Positions 40,918 through 50,278 of a stretch of DNA of 64,000 nt are shown piece after piece. Both the position numbers and the translations under genes were made by a program. The stretch is from Tichowtungia sp. (GTDB lineage Bacteria; Verrucomicrobiota; Kiritimatiellia; Kiritimatiellales; Tichowtungiaceae). The DNA lies in the NCBI GenBank assembly GCA_041584215.1, contig JBFHEM010000020.1, forward strand, positions 1,568 to 65,567. Direction: 5' to 3'. Under the pieces are notes generated by a model. It had not been told where the DNA came from. It worked only from the letters and a program-made list of their open reading frames with translations, and searched no databases. Each line of letters begins with the position of its first letter. Position 1 is the stretch's first letter.

Positions 40918-42369
40918 ATGAATTCCGATGAGATCAAAATTCTGGAAAAGCGGCAGGCGCAGGTGCACGACGGCAAGGGCGCCTTCGAAATGGCCTGCGA
41001 AAAAGCCAGCGTCGCCGGATCGGTCAGCCAGCGCGCCTGCAGTTTCTGCGGGTCGCGCGTCGTGCTCTACCCGATCGCCGACGCCATCCATATTGTTCAC
41101 GGCCCGATCGGCTGCGCCGCCTACACCTGGGACATCCGCGGCGCGCTCTCTTCCGGCCCCAATTTGCATCGGCTGAGTTTTTCAACCGATATGCAGGAAA
41201 AGGACGTCGTATACGGGGGCGAAAAAAAGCTCGCGCAGGCCATACGTGAATTGGCGCGCGAGTATACCCCGGCGGCGGCCTTTGTTTATGCCACGTGCAT
41301 CGTGGGCGTCATCGGTGACGACGTGAAGGCCGTCTGCAAGAGCGCCGAGGCCGAGCTGGGAATTCCGATTATCCCGGTCGACTCGGAAGGGTTCAAAGGC
41401 TCCAAGAAGGCGGGCTATCACGCAGCCTGTGACGCGTTGATGAACCACCTGGTCGGCACGGGGGATATCTCGGACGTGCCGAAGCTCTCGATCAACATCC
41501 TCGGCGACTTCAACCTCGCCGGCGAAATCTGGATGATCGAAGAGTACTACAAAAAGATGGGCGTCGAGGTGGTCTGCCGCATTACGGGCGACGGCCGCAT
41601 CGACGACATCCGCAGGATGCACGGCGCGTCGCTCAACATCGTGCAGTGCTCCGGCTCCGTCACCCGGCTGGCCGAATCGATCAAAAAGAAATACGGCATC
41701 CCCTACATCCGCGCGTCGTACTTCGGCATCGAGGATATGTCCCAAGCACTCTACGACGTCGCCGAACATTTCAAGGACGACCCGTCCGTCATGGCCCGCG
41801 CCCGCGAGGTGGTCGCCACCGAGGTCAAGCGCATCATGCCGGAGCTGATGGCCATCAAAAAAGATCTCGAAGGCAAAACGGCCGCCATCTACACCGGCGG
41901 CGCCTTCAAGGTGTTTTCGCTGGTCCGCTCGCTGCGCACCATCGGCATGAAATCGGTGATCGCCGGCTCGCAGACCGGAACCACCGAGGACTACAAACAG
42001 CTGCATGAGCTGTGCGACGAAGGGGCCGTTCTGCTCGACGACACCAACCCGGTCGAGCTCGCCAAGTTCGTGCTCGAAAAAGACGCCGACCTGTTTATCG
42101 GCGGCGTCAAAGAGCGCCCGATCGCCTTCAAGCTCGGCGTGGCGTTTTGCGACCACAACCACGAGCGCAAGATCGCGCTGGCCGGTTTCGACGGACTGGT
42201 CAACTTTGCCCGCGAGGTGCACGCCAGCGTCATGAGTCCGGTGTGGAAGTTTGTTCCGCGCCGCATGAACCGTGCGCCAGAAAATAAAAGCGCGCCGCGC
42301 TCCATGCCCGTCGGCTGCACGCCTGCAATGTGCATGAGCTGTGAAAGCAGCTGCGGCGGAGAAACCTGA
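40918..42369 (+). CDS. nifE: FeMo-cofactor scaffold NifE
   Basis: SQRAC.FCGSRVVL, HGPIGC..YTWD.RG, YATC, VQCS, GG.KE; Cys-rich C-terminal tail. Confidence 0.92.
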   Translation: MNSDEIKILEKRQAQVHDGKGAFEMACEKASVAGSVSQRACSFCGSRVVLYPIADAIHIVHGPIGCAAYTWDIRGALSSGPNLHRLSFSTDMQEKDVVYGGEKKLAQAIRELAREYTPAAAFVYATCIVGVIGDDVKAVCKSAEAELGIPIIPVDSEGFKGSKKAGYHAACDALMNHLVGTGDISDVPKLSINILGDFNLAGEIWMIEEYYKKMGVEVVCRITGDGRIDDIRRMHGASLNIVQCSGSVTRLAESIKKKYGIPYIRASYFGIEDMSQALYDVAEHFKDDPSVMARAREVVATEVKRIMPELMAIKKDLEGKTAAIYTGGAFKVFSLVRSLRTIGMKSVIAGSQTGTTEDYKQLHELCDEGAVLLDDTNPVELAKFVLEKDADLFIGGVKERPIAFKLGVAFCDHNHERKIALAGFDGLVNFAREVHASVMSPVWKFVPRRMNRAPENKSAPRSMPVGCTPAMCMSCESSCGGET

Positions 42370-42390
42370 AATTTTCCAACCGTTGGAAAA

Positions 42391-42795
42391 ACGGCGCGGT
42401 GCACCGGTCTGCGCAGCACGGTGCTCCGCGCCGTGTTTGGCCGGCATGCTTCGCGAAGCCGGCAACGGGGTTCTGTTCCCGTGGAGCACACATTTCGGAG
42501 GGGCACGCCTCGGTGATGAGCCCCGTCTGGAAATTTGGAGGGACTGCTGTTCAGTACCGTTGCAAGCGCAGCCTGGGAAGGATGGTTGCGCTTGCGGGTG
42601 GAAACCATTTTTTCCTGCCCGATTATTCCTGCAGCGAGGAAGGGAAGATGGATTCACCGCAAAGGATCGCAACGAGCGCAAAAAGAGCCCGCTGTTGTCT
42701 TTGCGTTCCTTGCGTTCTTGCGGTTTCAGCTTCTTCCAGGCATTGGAAAAACGGCGCGGAGCACCGTTCTACGCAGCACGGCACTCCGCGCCGTG
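42391..42795. repeat. REP-like ACGGCGCGGAGCACCGTTCTAC family copies
   Basis: Hairpin copies at 42391-42435 and 42751-42795, a half copy at 42990; same family at 62290-62495. Confidence 0.75.
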
Positions 42796-42841
42796 TCTGG
42801 AGCGCGACAAAATGGATGCGCTCTTCAGCCTCAGCCCAATC

Positions 42842-43122
42842 GTTACAATTTTATCACCAGTCGTTTTTATGGGTGAAATTTTTGTCGCATTGTTTTGTAA
42901 GGTGTTGACCCAATGAATATTGGCTCGCTTCCTTCTGAGAGGCGGCGATGCCGCGTGACAATTATTTCACTTTTCCAATGGTTGGAAGAACGGCGCGGAG
43001 CACCGTTCTGCATTTTCCAAACATTGGAAAAAGATTTCTCTTCTACTTTGCTGCCAACGACTTGCGCCGACTTTTGACCTTCGGATTTCCGACCTTCGAC
43101 CCCTTTTGGCACACCCTGTGCA
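42842..43122 (+). promoter_or_regulatory. nifN promoter: three GTGA-N8-TCAC boxes plus sigma54 -24/-12
   Basis: Boxes at 42842, 42873, 42955; TTGGCAC-ACCCT-GTGCA at 43106. Confidence 0.8.
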
Positions 43123-43154
43123 ATAGACGGCGGCAACAACTGGATAAAGCAGAC

Positions 43155-44549
43155 ATGAAAGCAGAATTTTTAAAGACAACCACCATCCCGCCCAAGCCGT
43201 CGAGCTGCAGCACGCCGACGACCAACGCCTGCAAGCTGTGCACGCCGCTCGGCGCCTGTCTCGCCTTTCGCGGGCTGGACGGCTGCGTGCCGTTCCTGCA
43301 CGGCTCCCAGGGCTGCGCCACCTATATCCGGCGCTACCTCATCAGCCACTTCCGCGAGCCGATGGATATCGCCTCCTCCTCGTTCAGTGAAGAAACCGTG
43401 GTGTTCGGCGGCAAAAACAACCTGCACGAAGGACTGTTCAACGTCATCAGGCAGTATCAGCCCAAAGTCATCGGCATCGCCACCACCTGCCTGGCCGAAA
43501 CCATCGGCGACGACCTGCAGATGCTGCTGCACGAGTTCAAAAAAGAGTACGGCACGCTCGAGGGCATGCCGCAGCTCATTCCGGTTTCAACCCCGGCCTA
43601 CAACGGCACCCATGCCGAGGGCTTCTGGTGGGCGGTCCGCGCGGTGATCGACGCGACCGCCGAGCGCACGGAGCTCGACGAAGATCTGACCGCCGTTATT
43701 CCCGGCATGGTTTCCCCGGCCGACCTGCGCCACCTGCATGAAATCCTGCGCGCCTTCCATATGCGCTACATCCTGCTGCCGGACTACTCCGAAACGCTCG
43801 ACGGCGGCTCGTGGGAGGACTACATGAAAATGCCGCCCGGCGGCACTCCGCTGCAGTCGCTGCGCCGCGTCGGCGAGGCCGGCAGCCTGATCTCCTTCAC
43901 CTCCTGCATGCCGGTCCCGGCCCGCCCCGGCGCAGCGCTCAATAAAAAATTCGGAACGACACTTCACGACATGCCGCTGCCGATCGGCATCGAGGCCACC
44001 GACCGCTTCTTCAGGCTGCTCAGCGACCTGGCCGGACTCTCCGTGCCGCAGCAGTTCAAAAAGGAGCGCGCCCGGCTGGTCGATGCCTATGTCGATGCCC
44101 ATAAAATCACCGCCGGCAAAAAAGTCGCCGTGTTCGGCGATGCGGACTTCGTGGTGTCGATGACCGCCTTCGCCCGCGAGATCGGCCTGATTCCGGTCGT
44201 CTGCGCCTCGGGCGGCCGTTCGCCCCGCTTTGCGAGTGCGCTGCGCGACGCGGTGGAAAACCTCCCCACGGAATGCGTCGTGCGCGACGCGGTCGATTTT
44301 TCCGACATCGAAGCGGACGTCATCGCGTCGCGCCCGGATCTGCTGATCGGCAGTTCGAAGGCCTACACCATGAGCCGCCGCCTCAACATTCCGCTGGTGC
44401 GCGCCGGCTTCCCGGTGCACGACCGCGTCGACGGCCCGCGCATGCTCTCCGTCGGCTACAGCGGCGCCCAGCAGCTGTTTGATCGCATTTGCAACACGCT
44501 GATGGATCACCGGCAGGACGAAAGCCCCGTCAGCTTTTCGTATATGTAG
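43155..44549 (+). CDS. nifN: FeMo-cofactor scaffold NifN
   Basis: NACKLC.PLGA, HGSQGC.TYIRRY..SHF.EP, TTCL.ETIGDD, GFP.HDR; start placed at MKAEF downstream of the promoter. Confidence 0.9.
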   Translation: MKAEFLKTTTIPPKPSSCSTPTTNACKLCTPLGACLAFRGLDGCVPFLHGSQGCATYIRRYLISHFREPMDIASSSFSEETVVFGGKNNLHEGLFNVIRQYQPKVIGIATTCLAETIGDDLQMLLHEFKKEYGTLEGMPQLIPVSTPAYNGTHAEGFWWAVRAVIDATAERTELDEDLTAVIPGMVSPADLRHLHEILRAFHMRYILLPDYSETLDGGSWEDYMKMPPGGTPLQSLRRVGEAGSLISFTSCMPVPARPGAALNKKFGTTLHDMPLPIGIEATDRFFRLLSDLAGLSVPQQFKKERARLVDAYVDAHKITAGKKVAVFGDADFVVSMTAFAREIGLIPVVCASGGRSPRFASALRDAVENLPTECVVRDAVDFSDIEADVIASRPDLLIGSSKAYTMSRRLNIPLVRAGFPVHDRVDGPRMLSVGYSGAQQLFDRICNTLMDHRQDESPVSFSYM

Positions 44550-44559
44550 GAGCTCAAGC

Positions 44560-44803
44560 TGGAGCGTTTTAACAAATAGTGTGGCCATTCTCACAGGCTC
44601 TTCGGAATACCGAAGACGCGCGCGAGCAAGGCGACGCATAATTTCCGAAGGAAATAATGAGCGAAGCGAATGATTCACCGAGGCTTGCCGAATGGAAAGC
44701 AACGACCAGCGGGAGTTGCCAACCCTGTCCTACAAAAAAACTTGCAGGACAGCCTTCCCGAAGGGAGGCTGTGGGCGGCTACAACTCAACTTAAAACGCT
44801 CTA
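44560..44803. mobile_element. Putative MITE (about 244 bp)
   Basis: Ends TGGAGCGTTTTAA / TTAAAACGCTCTA (12/13 inverted match); several internal hairpins; no credible ORF. Confidence 0.6.
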
Positions 44804-44839
44804 AACGGCCTGATATGAGCACGCTGTTTTTTTCCAGTG

Positions 44840-46039
44840 TTATTGAAACAGCACGGTTGCCGGTGTTTCGAAGAATTCCTGAATCGGCATACCGCCGGTG
44901 CCGACCAGCAGGGTGCGGTGCGGGTTGAATTGTTTGGCAAAGCGCTGCATCCCGGCCAGCGAATCCCGCTTGCGACCGCTTTTGACTTCGATGCCGATGT
45001 GTCTGTCTTCCCGGCTTAGGGCAAAGTCCACCTCGTAGTTTCCATCACGCCAGTAGGTCAGTTTCAGTCCATGTTCAAATGCTTGGTTCGCGAGGTGTGC
45101 GCCGACGGCTGACTCGAACAGGTGCCCCCAGCGGTCGGGCGCGCTGCGTACATTCTGAAATGATTCCTGGGAAAACGCAGAGACCAGAGCGGTATTGAAC
45201 ACCTGGAATTTTGGGCTGGAGCCCCGGGTTCTGATTTCATTCGCTGTGAATTTCTGGAGTCCGGCCAGCAAACCAGCCGTGCTCAGCAGTTCCAGATAAT
45301 GAGCCAGCGTGGTCGTATTCCCTGCGTCCTGCAGCTGACCCAGAAGTTTGGTGTAGGAAATGAGTTTGCCGGAATTGACTGCGCCGAGATGGAAAAGTTG
45401 GCGGAGCAGGGCGGGTTTGTCGATGCGAGTCATCAGCAGAACATCCTTGGTGATAGCCGGCTCGATCAGCGCATCGCGAACATAGGTCTTCCAGCGGGCT
45501 TCTTCCGAAAGCAGGTCGGCGGCTCCCGGATAGCCGCCGAAGAAAATGTATTGATCCAGTGACAGGCCAAATGCGGCGGTCATTTCTGTGTAGCTCCAGT
45601 GCGGGATACGGATCAGCTCAAAGCGTCCGGCCAGAGACTCCGACATGCCCTTTTGAATCAACAGGGACGATGAACCCAGCAGGACGGGCTGGATTAAAAC
45701 GCCGCTTCTGGAATCCTCATCCCAGAGCTTCTTCACGGTTTCGCTCCAGTTGGAAATTTTCTGAATTTCATCCAGCGCAAGAATGACGGTTTGTCCGGGT
45801 GCCTGTTCGGCTTTGAGTCGTGCCCGCTCCCACTGCTGAGTAATCCAAAGTCCGCTGGTTTGAGTTTCCGCATCCGCAGATGCAAAAATAAAAGGCTGTT
45901 GCACCGTTTCGTGTATTTGCTCAACCAGAGTGGTTTTGCCGACCTGTCGAGGGCCGAAAACAATCTGTATGAAGCGGCGCGGCTCACTCAGGCGCTTGGC
46001 CAGAGTTTTAAACTGCGGTCTTTTATATTTGCTTTTCAT
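44840..46039 (-). CDS. AAA_14/DUF4143-type ATPase with C-terminal PD-(D/E)xK-like domain
   Basis: GPRQVGKTT, LDEIQ, LGSS, ESLAGR, GGYP, EVDF..IEVKS. Confidence 0.88.
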   Translation of the reverse strand: MKSKYKRPQFKTLAKRLSEPRRFIQIVFGPRQVGKTTLVEQIHETVQQPFIFASADAETQTSGLWITQQWERARLKAEQAPGQTVILALDEIQKISNWSETVKKLWDEDSRSGVLIQPVLLGSSSLLIQKGMSESLAGRFELIRIPHWSYTEMTAAFGLSLDQYIFFGGYPGAADLLSEEARWKTYVRDALIEPAITKDVLLMTRIDKPALLRQLFHLGAVNSGKLISYTKLLGQLQDAGNTTTLAHYLELLSTAGLLAGLQKFTANEIRTRGSSPKFQVFNTALVSAFSQESFQNVRSAPDRWGHLFESAVGAHLANQAFEHGLKLTYWRDGNYEVDFALSREDRHIGIEVKSGRKRDSLAGMQRFAKQFNPHRTLLVGTGGMPIQEFFETPATVLFQ

Positions 46040-46041
46040 AG

Positions 46042-46069
46042 TGAGTAAAAATACTCAACTGGATGAGTA
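46042..46069. promoter_or_regulatory. Overlapping TGAGTA/TACTCA inverted repeats at the ATPase start (probable operator)
   Basis: TGAGTA-AAAA-TACTCA-ACTGGA-TGAGTA. Confidence 0.45.
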
Positions 46070-46313
46070 AATCAATATGTTTTTACCACGCGTACAGATC
46101 GCGATTCGCATAAAGGTGTATCGTATTTCTGAGGACCTGCCGATCCGAACGAAAATAAGTCTTGTTTAAACTGTGTGGCGTTGTAAATCTCGGGCATGGC
46201 CGGCTCGGTATACCGTTCGCGAAAGTCGAAGGCCTCGCCTCTGTGGAATTGTCTCTTTCGGCACTTTTCCAAAATTTGAAAAACATATTCACAAAGTTTA
46301 GAGCAACATGAAC

Positions 46314-46354
46314 ATGACTAAATAATAGGACCGACACCTGCTCGACACCTGCTC
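46314..46354 (+). mobile_element. Orphan copy of the transposase-element end
   Basis: ATGACTAAATAATAGGACCGACACC matches 49901-49925 at 24/25; followed by a GACACCTGCTC duplication. Confidence 0.75.
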
Positions 46355-46429
46355 CACTGGAAATCCTGATCCCGCCGATCCACGGCCTCCGCTCCCGCTG
46401 GTTCCCGCGTCCACGGTCGCTAGATTGAA

Positions 46430-48475
46430 TTAAGGCTCAGCTCTGACCTTGAAGAACTCCTTGTCTCCCGCAGGTATTGACCACTCAACCGCATCACCAG
46501 CATTAGTCCATGATACTAGGTCGTCTGACTTCATTAGCTGAAGCCAGAGATATGCATTGGCATTGCTGCAGGAAATCATCATATCTCCAACTGCTAAGGC
46601 TCCAAGCTGTTCTTCCGTGAAAAGGCCGAAATCGGGCTGGTTGTTCAGGATGTAGGTGATGATGGATGAGCTATCATTGGTAGGTGACAACCCAATGCTC
46701 ACTTCAAAGCCATCATCGAAGTCATCGCCATCTGTATCGCTGTTCCGCGGGTCAGTGCCGATAGCCCACTCATTGCTGTTCAGTAATCCGTCCCCATCAG
46801 CATCGGCCGAGAAGGTTGCCGTAATGGATTTTGCACTGTCGACGAGCAGAGTCGTGTCGCTCATGGAATAGTCGCCGGAAAGATCGCCGCTCCAATACAT
46901 GAAAAGCCATCCACTATCCGGATCAGCTGAAAGGTTTAGGTTCGTTCCTGCGTCATACCAACCACTGCCCGGAACAATGGAACCATTACCATTGACGACG
47001 GTATCCAGCCAGTAATCACTCTCTGCCCAGTTCCATGTGATGGTGGACGCCGCATTGGTCAGCGTGATTACACCAGTCGAGTTGCTTGTCCCGGAACTAG
47101 GAATGCTTCCTGTTCCTGTCCAACCGGTGCAGATGTAGTTTGTTCCCCCTTCGGCAATCGCATTATCAACAGAGCAAGTAACCGTAGCATTCCATGCATA
47201 TCCATGTATGCCGACTATGGGTGTAGGAGCACCGTGGGCAGATTGCACAGCAACCATGGCGGGCAAAGCATTAGAACCATATAAATATGCGGATCCGGAC
47301 TGACTCCCGTTGTCCTGATCATAGCGGGCTCCGACAAGCATGTTGCTTTCGGTCATGGCTACGCTGATGCCAAACTGGTCGCCTTCTGCGCCGTCGCTGG
47401 CGGTCAACTTGGCAACTTCAACCCATGAGTCCATGATGCGCTGAAAAAGGTAGGCTGATCCAGATCCATCACCGTTGTCATCGTCCGCAAAGGCTCCAAC
47501 CATGGCGTAGTTGCTCGATATTGCCACTCCAATGCCGAATGCGTCATTAGCGGATCCATCACTGGCCGTAAGTTTGGCAACTTCAGTCCAAACGCCATCA
47601 AGGCGTTGGAAAACATACGCCGACCCTGAATCTTCGCCATTATCGTCATCTCCGGAAGCTCCAACGATGGCAAAATCCCCGGAGATGCATACGCGGGAAC
47701 CAAACGAGTCTCCTTCTGCGCCATCGCTAGCCGTTAGTTTTGTAGTTTCAGGCCATGCGCCGCCATTGCGTTCAAAGATGTAAGCAGATCCTGAGTCCGT
47801 CCCGAAATCATCGTTACGTGCTCCCACGATGACATAATCACCGGAGATCGAGACGACTTCGCCAAACGAATCCCGGGAGGCAGCATCACTTGCCGTCAGT
47901 TTGATTGATTGGGTCCAAATCCCTCCGACGCGGTCGAAAATGTAGGCTGACCCCGAATTATCTCCATTGTCATCATTGAGTCCTGCGCCCACAATCGCGG
48001 TATTTCCGGATAGGGAAGCTACAAGGCCGAATTCATCTGATGTTTCACCATCGCTGGCAACAAGTTCGATCTTATGGGTCCAGGTCCCGCCATCCAGCTC
48101 GTACACGTAAGCCGATCCAGAATAGGATGTTTTTCCATGGGCCATATGTGCACCCACGATTGCATAATTCCCATCGATGCCTACACTGACTCCAAATCTA
48201 GCATAAGCTGATGCGTCGCTGGCTGCCAGCTTAACCGCTTGTGTCCACGCCCCATTCATGTACGAAAAAATATAAGCAGATCCCGACGCGTCTCCATTGT
48301 CATCGTCAAGGTATGAACCCATAATGGTATAATTTCCTGATATATCCACACTCTGGGCAAAAGAGTCTCCGGGAGCCCCGTCGCTAGGCAGTACCTTTTG
48401 AAACTCATTTACGCTTGCGGTCGCTAGGTTCAGCGCCATAGAGCTTGCTATCCCAATTATCATTATCATTTTCAT
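46430..48475 (-). CDS. Secreted FG-GAP beta-propeller protein with Ca-binding DxDxDG repeats
   Basis: Signal peptide; seven KL.ASDG..D.FG..V.I.G...IVGA..DD....GSAY.F repeats; DADGDG, DTDGDDFDDG; visibly lower GC. Confidence 0.88.
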   Translation of the reverse strand: MKMIMIIGIASSMALNLATASVNEFQKVLPSDGAPGDSFAQSVDISGNYTIMGSYLDDDNGDASGSAYIFSYMNGAWTQAVKLAASDASAYARFGVSVGIDGNYAIVGAHMAHGKTSYSGSAYVYELDGGTWTHKIELVASDGETSDEFGLVASLSGNTAIVGAGLNDDNGDNSGSAYIFDRVGGIWTQSIKLTASDAASRDSFGEVVSISGDYVIVGARNDDFGTDSGSAYIFERNGGAWPETTKLTASDGAEGDSFGSRVCISGDFAIVGASGDDDNGEDSGSAYVFQRLDGVWTEVAKLTASDGSANDAFGIGVAISSNYAMVGAFADDDNGDGSGSAYLFQRIMDSWVEVAKLTASDGAEGDQFGISVAMTESNMLVGARYDQDNGSQSGSAYLYGSNALPAMVAVQSAHGAPTPIVGIHGYAWNATVTCSVDNAIAEGGTNYICTGWTGTGSIPSSGTSNSTGVITLTNAASTITWNWAESDYWLDTVVNGNGSIVPGSGWYDAGTNLNLSADPDSGWLFMYWSGDLSGDYSMSDTTLLVDSAKSITATFSADADGDGLLNSNEWAIGTDPRNSDTDGDDFDDGFEVSIGLSPTNDSSSIITYILNNQPDFGLFTEEQLGALAVGDMMISCSNANAYLWLQLMKSDDLVSWTNAGDAVEWSIPAGDKEFFKVRAEP

Positions 48476-48848
48476 TTTTTCTCTCCCGTTAGATATATCG
48501 CTAATTGTGTTGAGACTTATGTTTGCTGCTTTGGATGAGAAGCGAGGTGTTGTCGATCCGTGCCTGCTGCATGTAGGAACACAAATTCCCGGATAAATTC
48601 ATCTCATACCTCCATTTCCCTCAAACCCCTAAACGGGGTCTATACGCCGATCTCGGAAGGTTGCAAGAGTAAAATACCCCTGCCAAATAGGTATTTTTAT
48701 TCGTGTTTAGTGTCGTAGTTCCGTGAGGCAGAAATCCCTTTAAAACCAAGCCTTTGCGCCCTTCGCATCTCTGCGTAAAATCATTCCATCTGCGTTCATC
48801 CGCGTCCATCCGCGGTTCCATTTGATTCCCGCACTTTAGGTAGGGACC

Positions 48849-49925
48849 GGTGTCAGTCCTATTATTTAGTCATTTCAGGTTGACGTGGCGGAGTTTTTGA
48901 GTAGAACGGGAGCATGGGGAGAGCACCACGGATTGAGTATGAGGGGGCGGTATATCATGTGATGTGCCGCGGGAACCGGCAGGAGCCGGTGTTCCGGGAT
49001 AACCGGGACAATGAGATGTTTCTGGATACGCTGGAGGAGGCGTGCGGTCGCTGCGGATGGCGGGTGCACGCTTTTGTGTTGATGGGCAATCATTATCATT
49101 TGCTGCTGGAAACGCCGCATGCGAATCTTGTGGACGGGATGCGCTGGCTGCAGGGGACATACACCAAGCGGTTTAATATCCGGCACAAGGTGTGGGGGCA
49201 TCTTTTTCAGAGCCGCTACAAGGCGTTGCTTGTGGACCCCGGCGGCGATTATTTCCAGACGGTGTGCAGTTACATTCATCTGAATCCGGCCCGTGCAAAC
49301 TGTTTTAATCTGCACAAAGGGCGATTGTCTGATTATGCGTGGAGCAGCTTTCCGCAGTATCTGAATCCATCGAAACGATCAGACTGGCTGGCGGTGGATC
49401 GCACACTTGGTAATTACGGGTTGAAGGATGATGCGGTCGGGTGCCGGGATTTTGAGCTGTTGATGCAGAAGCGGGTGGCTGAGATTGCGAGCAGTGATTC
49501 TCCAAAGGAGGCGGATACGCGCTGGGCGGAAATCCGAAGAGGGTGGTGTTTTGGAGACGATTCGTTTCGGGATGAAATGGTTAAATCCCTGGATGGTGTG
49601 CTTGCGGGGAAAAGCCGGGAGTCGTTTGTTGGCGAGGAGACCCGTCGGCACGATGCGCTGGATGCTGAGCGGTTGGTTGTTGGAGCACTCAATCTGTTTG
49701 GGTTGAAAGATGGAGATCTCGCGGAGATGAAAAAAGGAGCCCCTCATAAAAAAGTAATCGCTTGGCTGGTGCGAAAGAATACCAGCGTGCGCAATGCCTG
49801 GATTGCTGAACGACTCGTCATGGGCAATCCGTCGAATTTGCCGCGTCAGGTTCGGGAAGTGGATGTAGCCGAAGAGGGGGAGTTATTTCGGCTGAGAGGA
49901 ATGACTAAATAATAGGACTGACACC
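48849..49925 (+). mobile_element. Y1 HUH (RAYT-like) transposase element bounded by 26-bp perfect inverted repeats
   Basis: GGTGTCAGTCCTATTATTTAGTCATT (48849-48874) is the exact reverse complement of 49900-49925. Confidence 0.8.
48914..49912 (+). CDS. Y1 HUH transposase (IS200/RAYT superfamily) with C-terminal extension
   Basis: YHVMCRGN, LMGNHYHLL (HUH), HLFQ.RYK, YIHLNP (catalytic Tyr), WSS. Confidence 0.9.
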   Translation: MGRAPRIEYEGAVYHVMCRGNRQEPVFRDNRDNEMFLDTLEEACGRCGWRVHAFVLMGNHYHLLLETPHANLVDGMRWLQGTYTKRFNIRHKVWGHLFQSRYKALLVDPGGDYFQTVCSYIHLNPARANCFNLHKGRLSDYAWSSFPQYLNPSKRSDWLAVDRTLGNYGLKDDAVGCRDFELLMQKRVAEIASSDSPKEADTRWAEIRRGWCFGDDSFRDEMVKSLDGVLAGKSRESFVGEETRRHDALDAERLVVGALNLFGLKDGDLAEMKKGAPHKKVIAWLVRKNTSVRNAWIAERLVMGNPSNLPRQVREVDVAEEGELFRLRGMTK

Positions 49926-50278
49926 ATGTCTTGACGCCAAGTCTTGACACCAAGTCTTTGTCCTTCCAGGACAACTGTTTCTTTTATCAATCATCCCTGG
50001 GCGTTGCCCAAGGCTAGGTTGTTTTGCGCCTTCTGCGCATGACATCGACGCTGTCCCAATTTTGTTTATCCGATCATTGCTGCCGGGACACCCTTTCCGC
50101 CTTTGGACGCGTTAGAGGCCAGTAAACAAAAGAATAATAGCAGATATTCGGAGCGGTGGAATTTCCAATCACAGGAGAAAATCTTTGCCCCCTGCGAATT
50201 TACCGCCGCATTCCCGGCACATTCCCGATAAGAGTTTCCAGCTCGTGCATTACTGCGGTCGGTAACTCAACGCACCGG

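Noticed and set aside
42341-43154. ORFs between nifE and nifN, and the long N-terminal extension of nifN
   Set aside because: They translate repeats and promoter DNA; the sigma54 site at 43106 places the nifN start at 43155.
40918-44549. Calling these genes nifD/nifK
   Set aside because: The motifs fit the NifE/NifN scaffold (YTWDIRG, NACKLC) and there is no nifH in the window; nitrogen fixation itself cannot be confirmed from this window.
46340-46430. Integron attC site next to the low-GC FG-GAP gene
   Set aside because: No RYYYAAC/GTTRRRY core pair and no integrase in the window.
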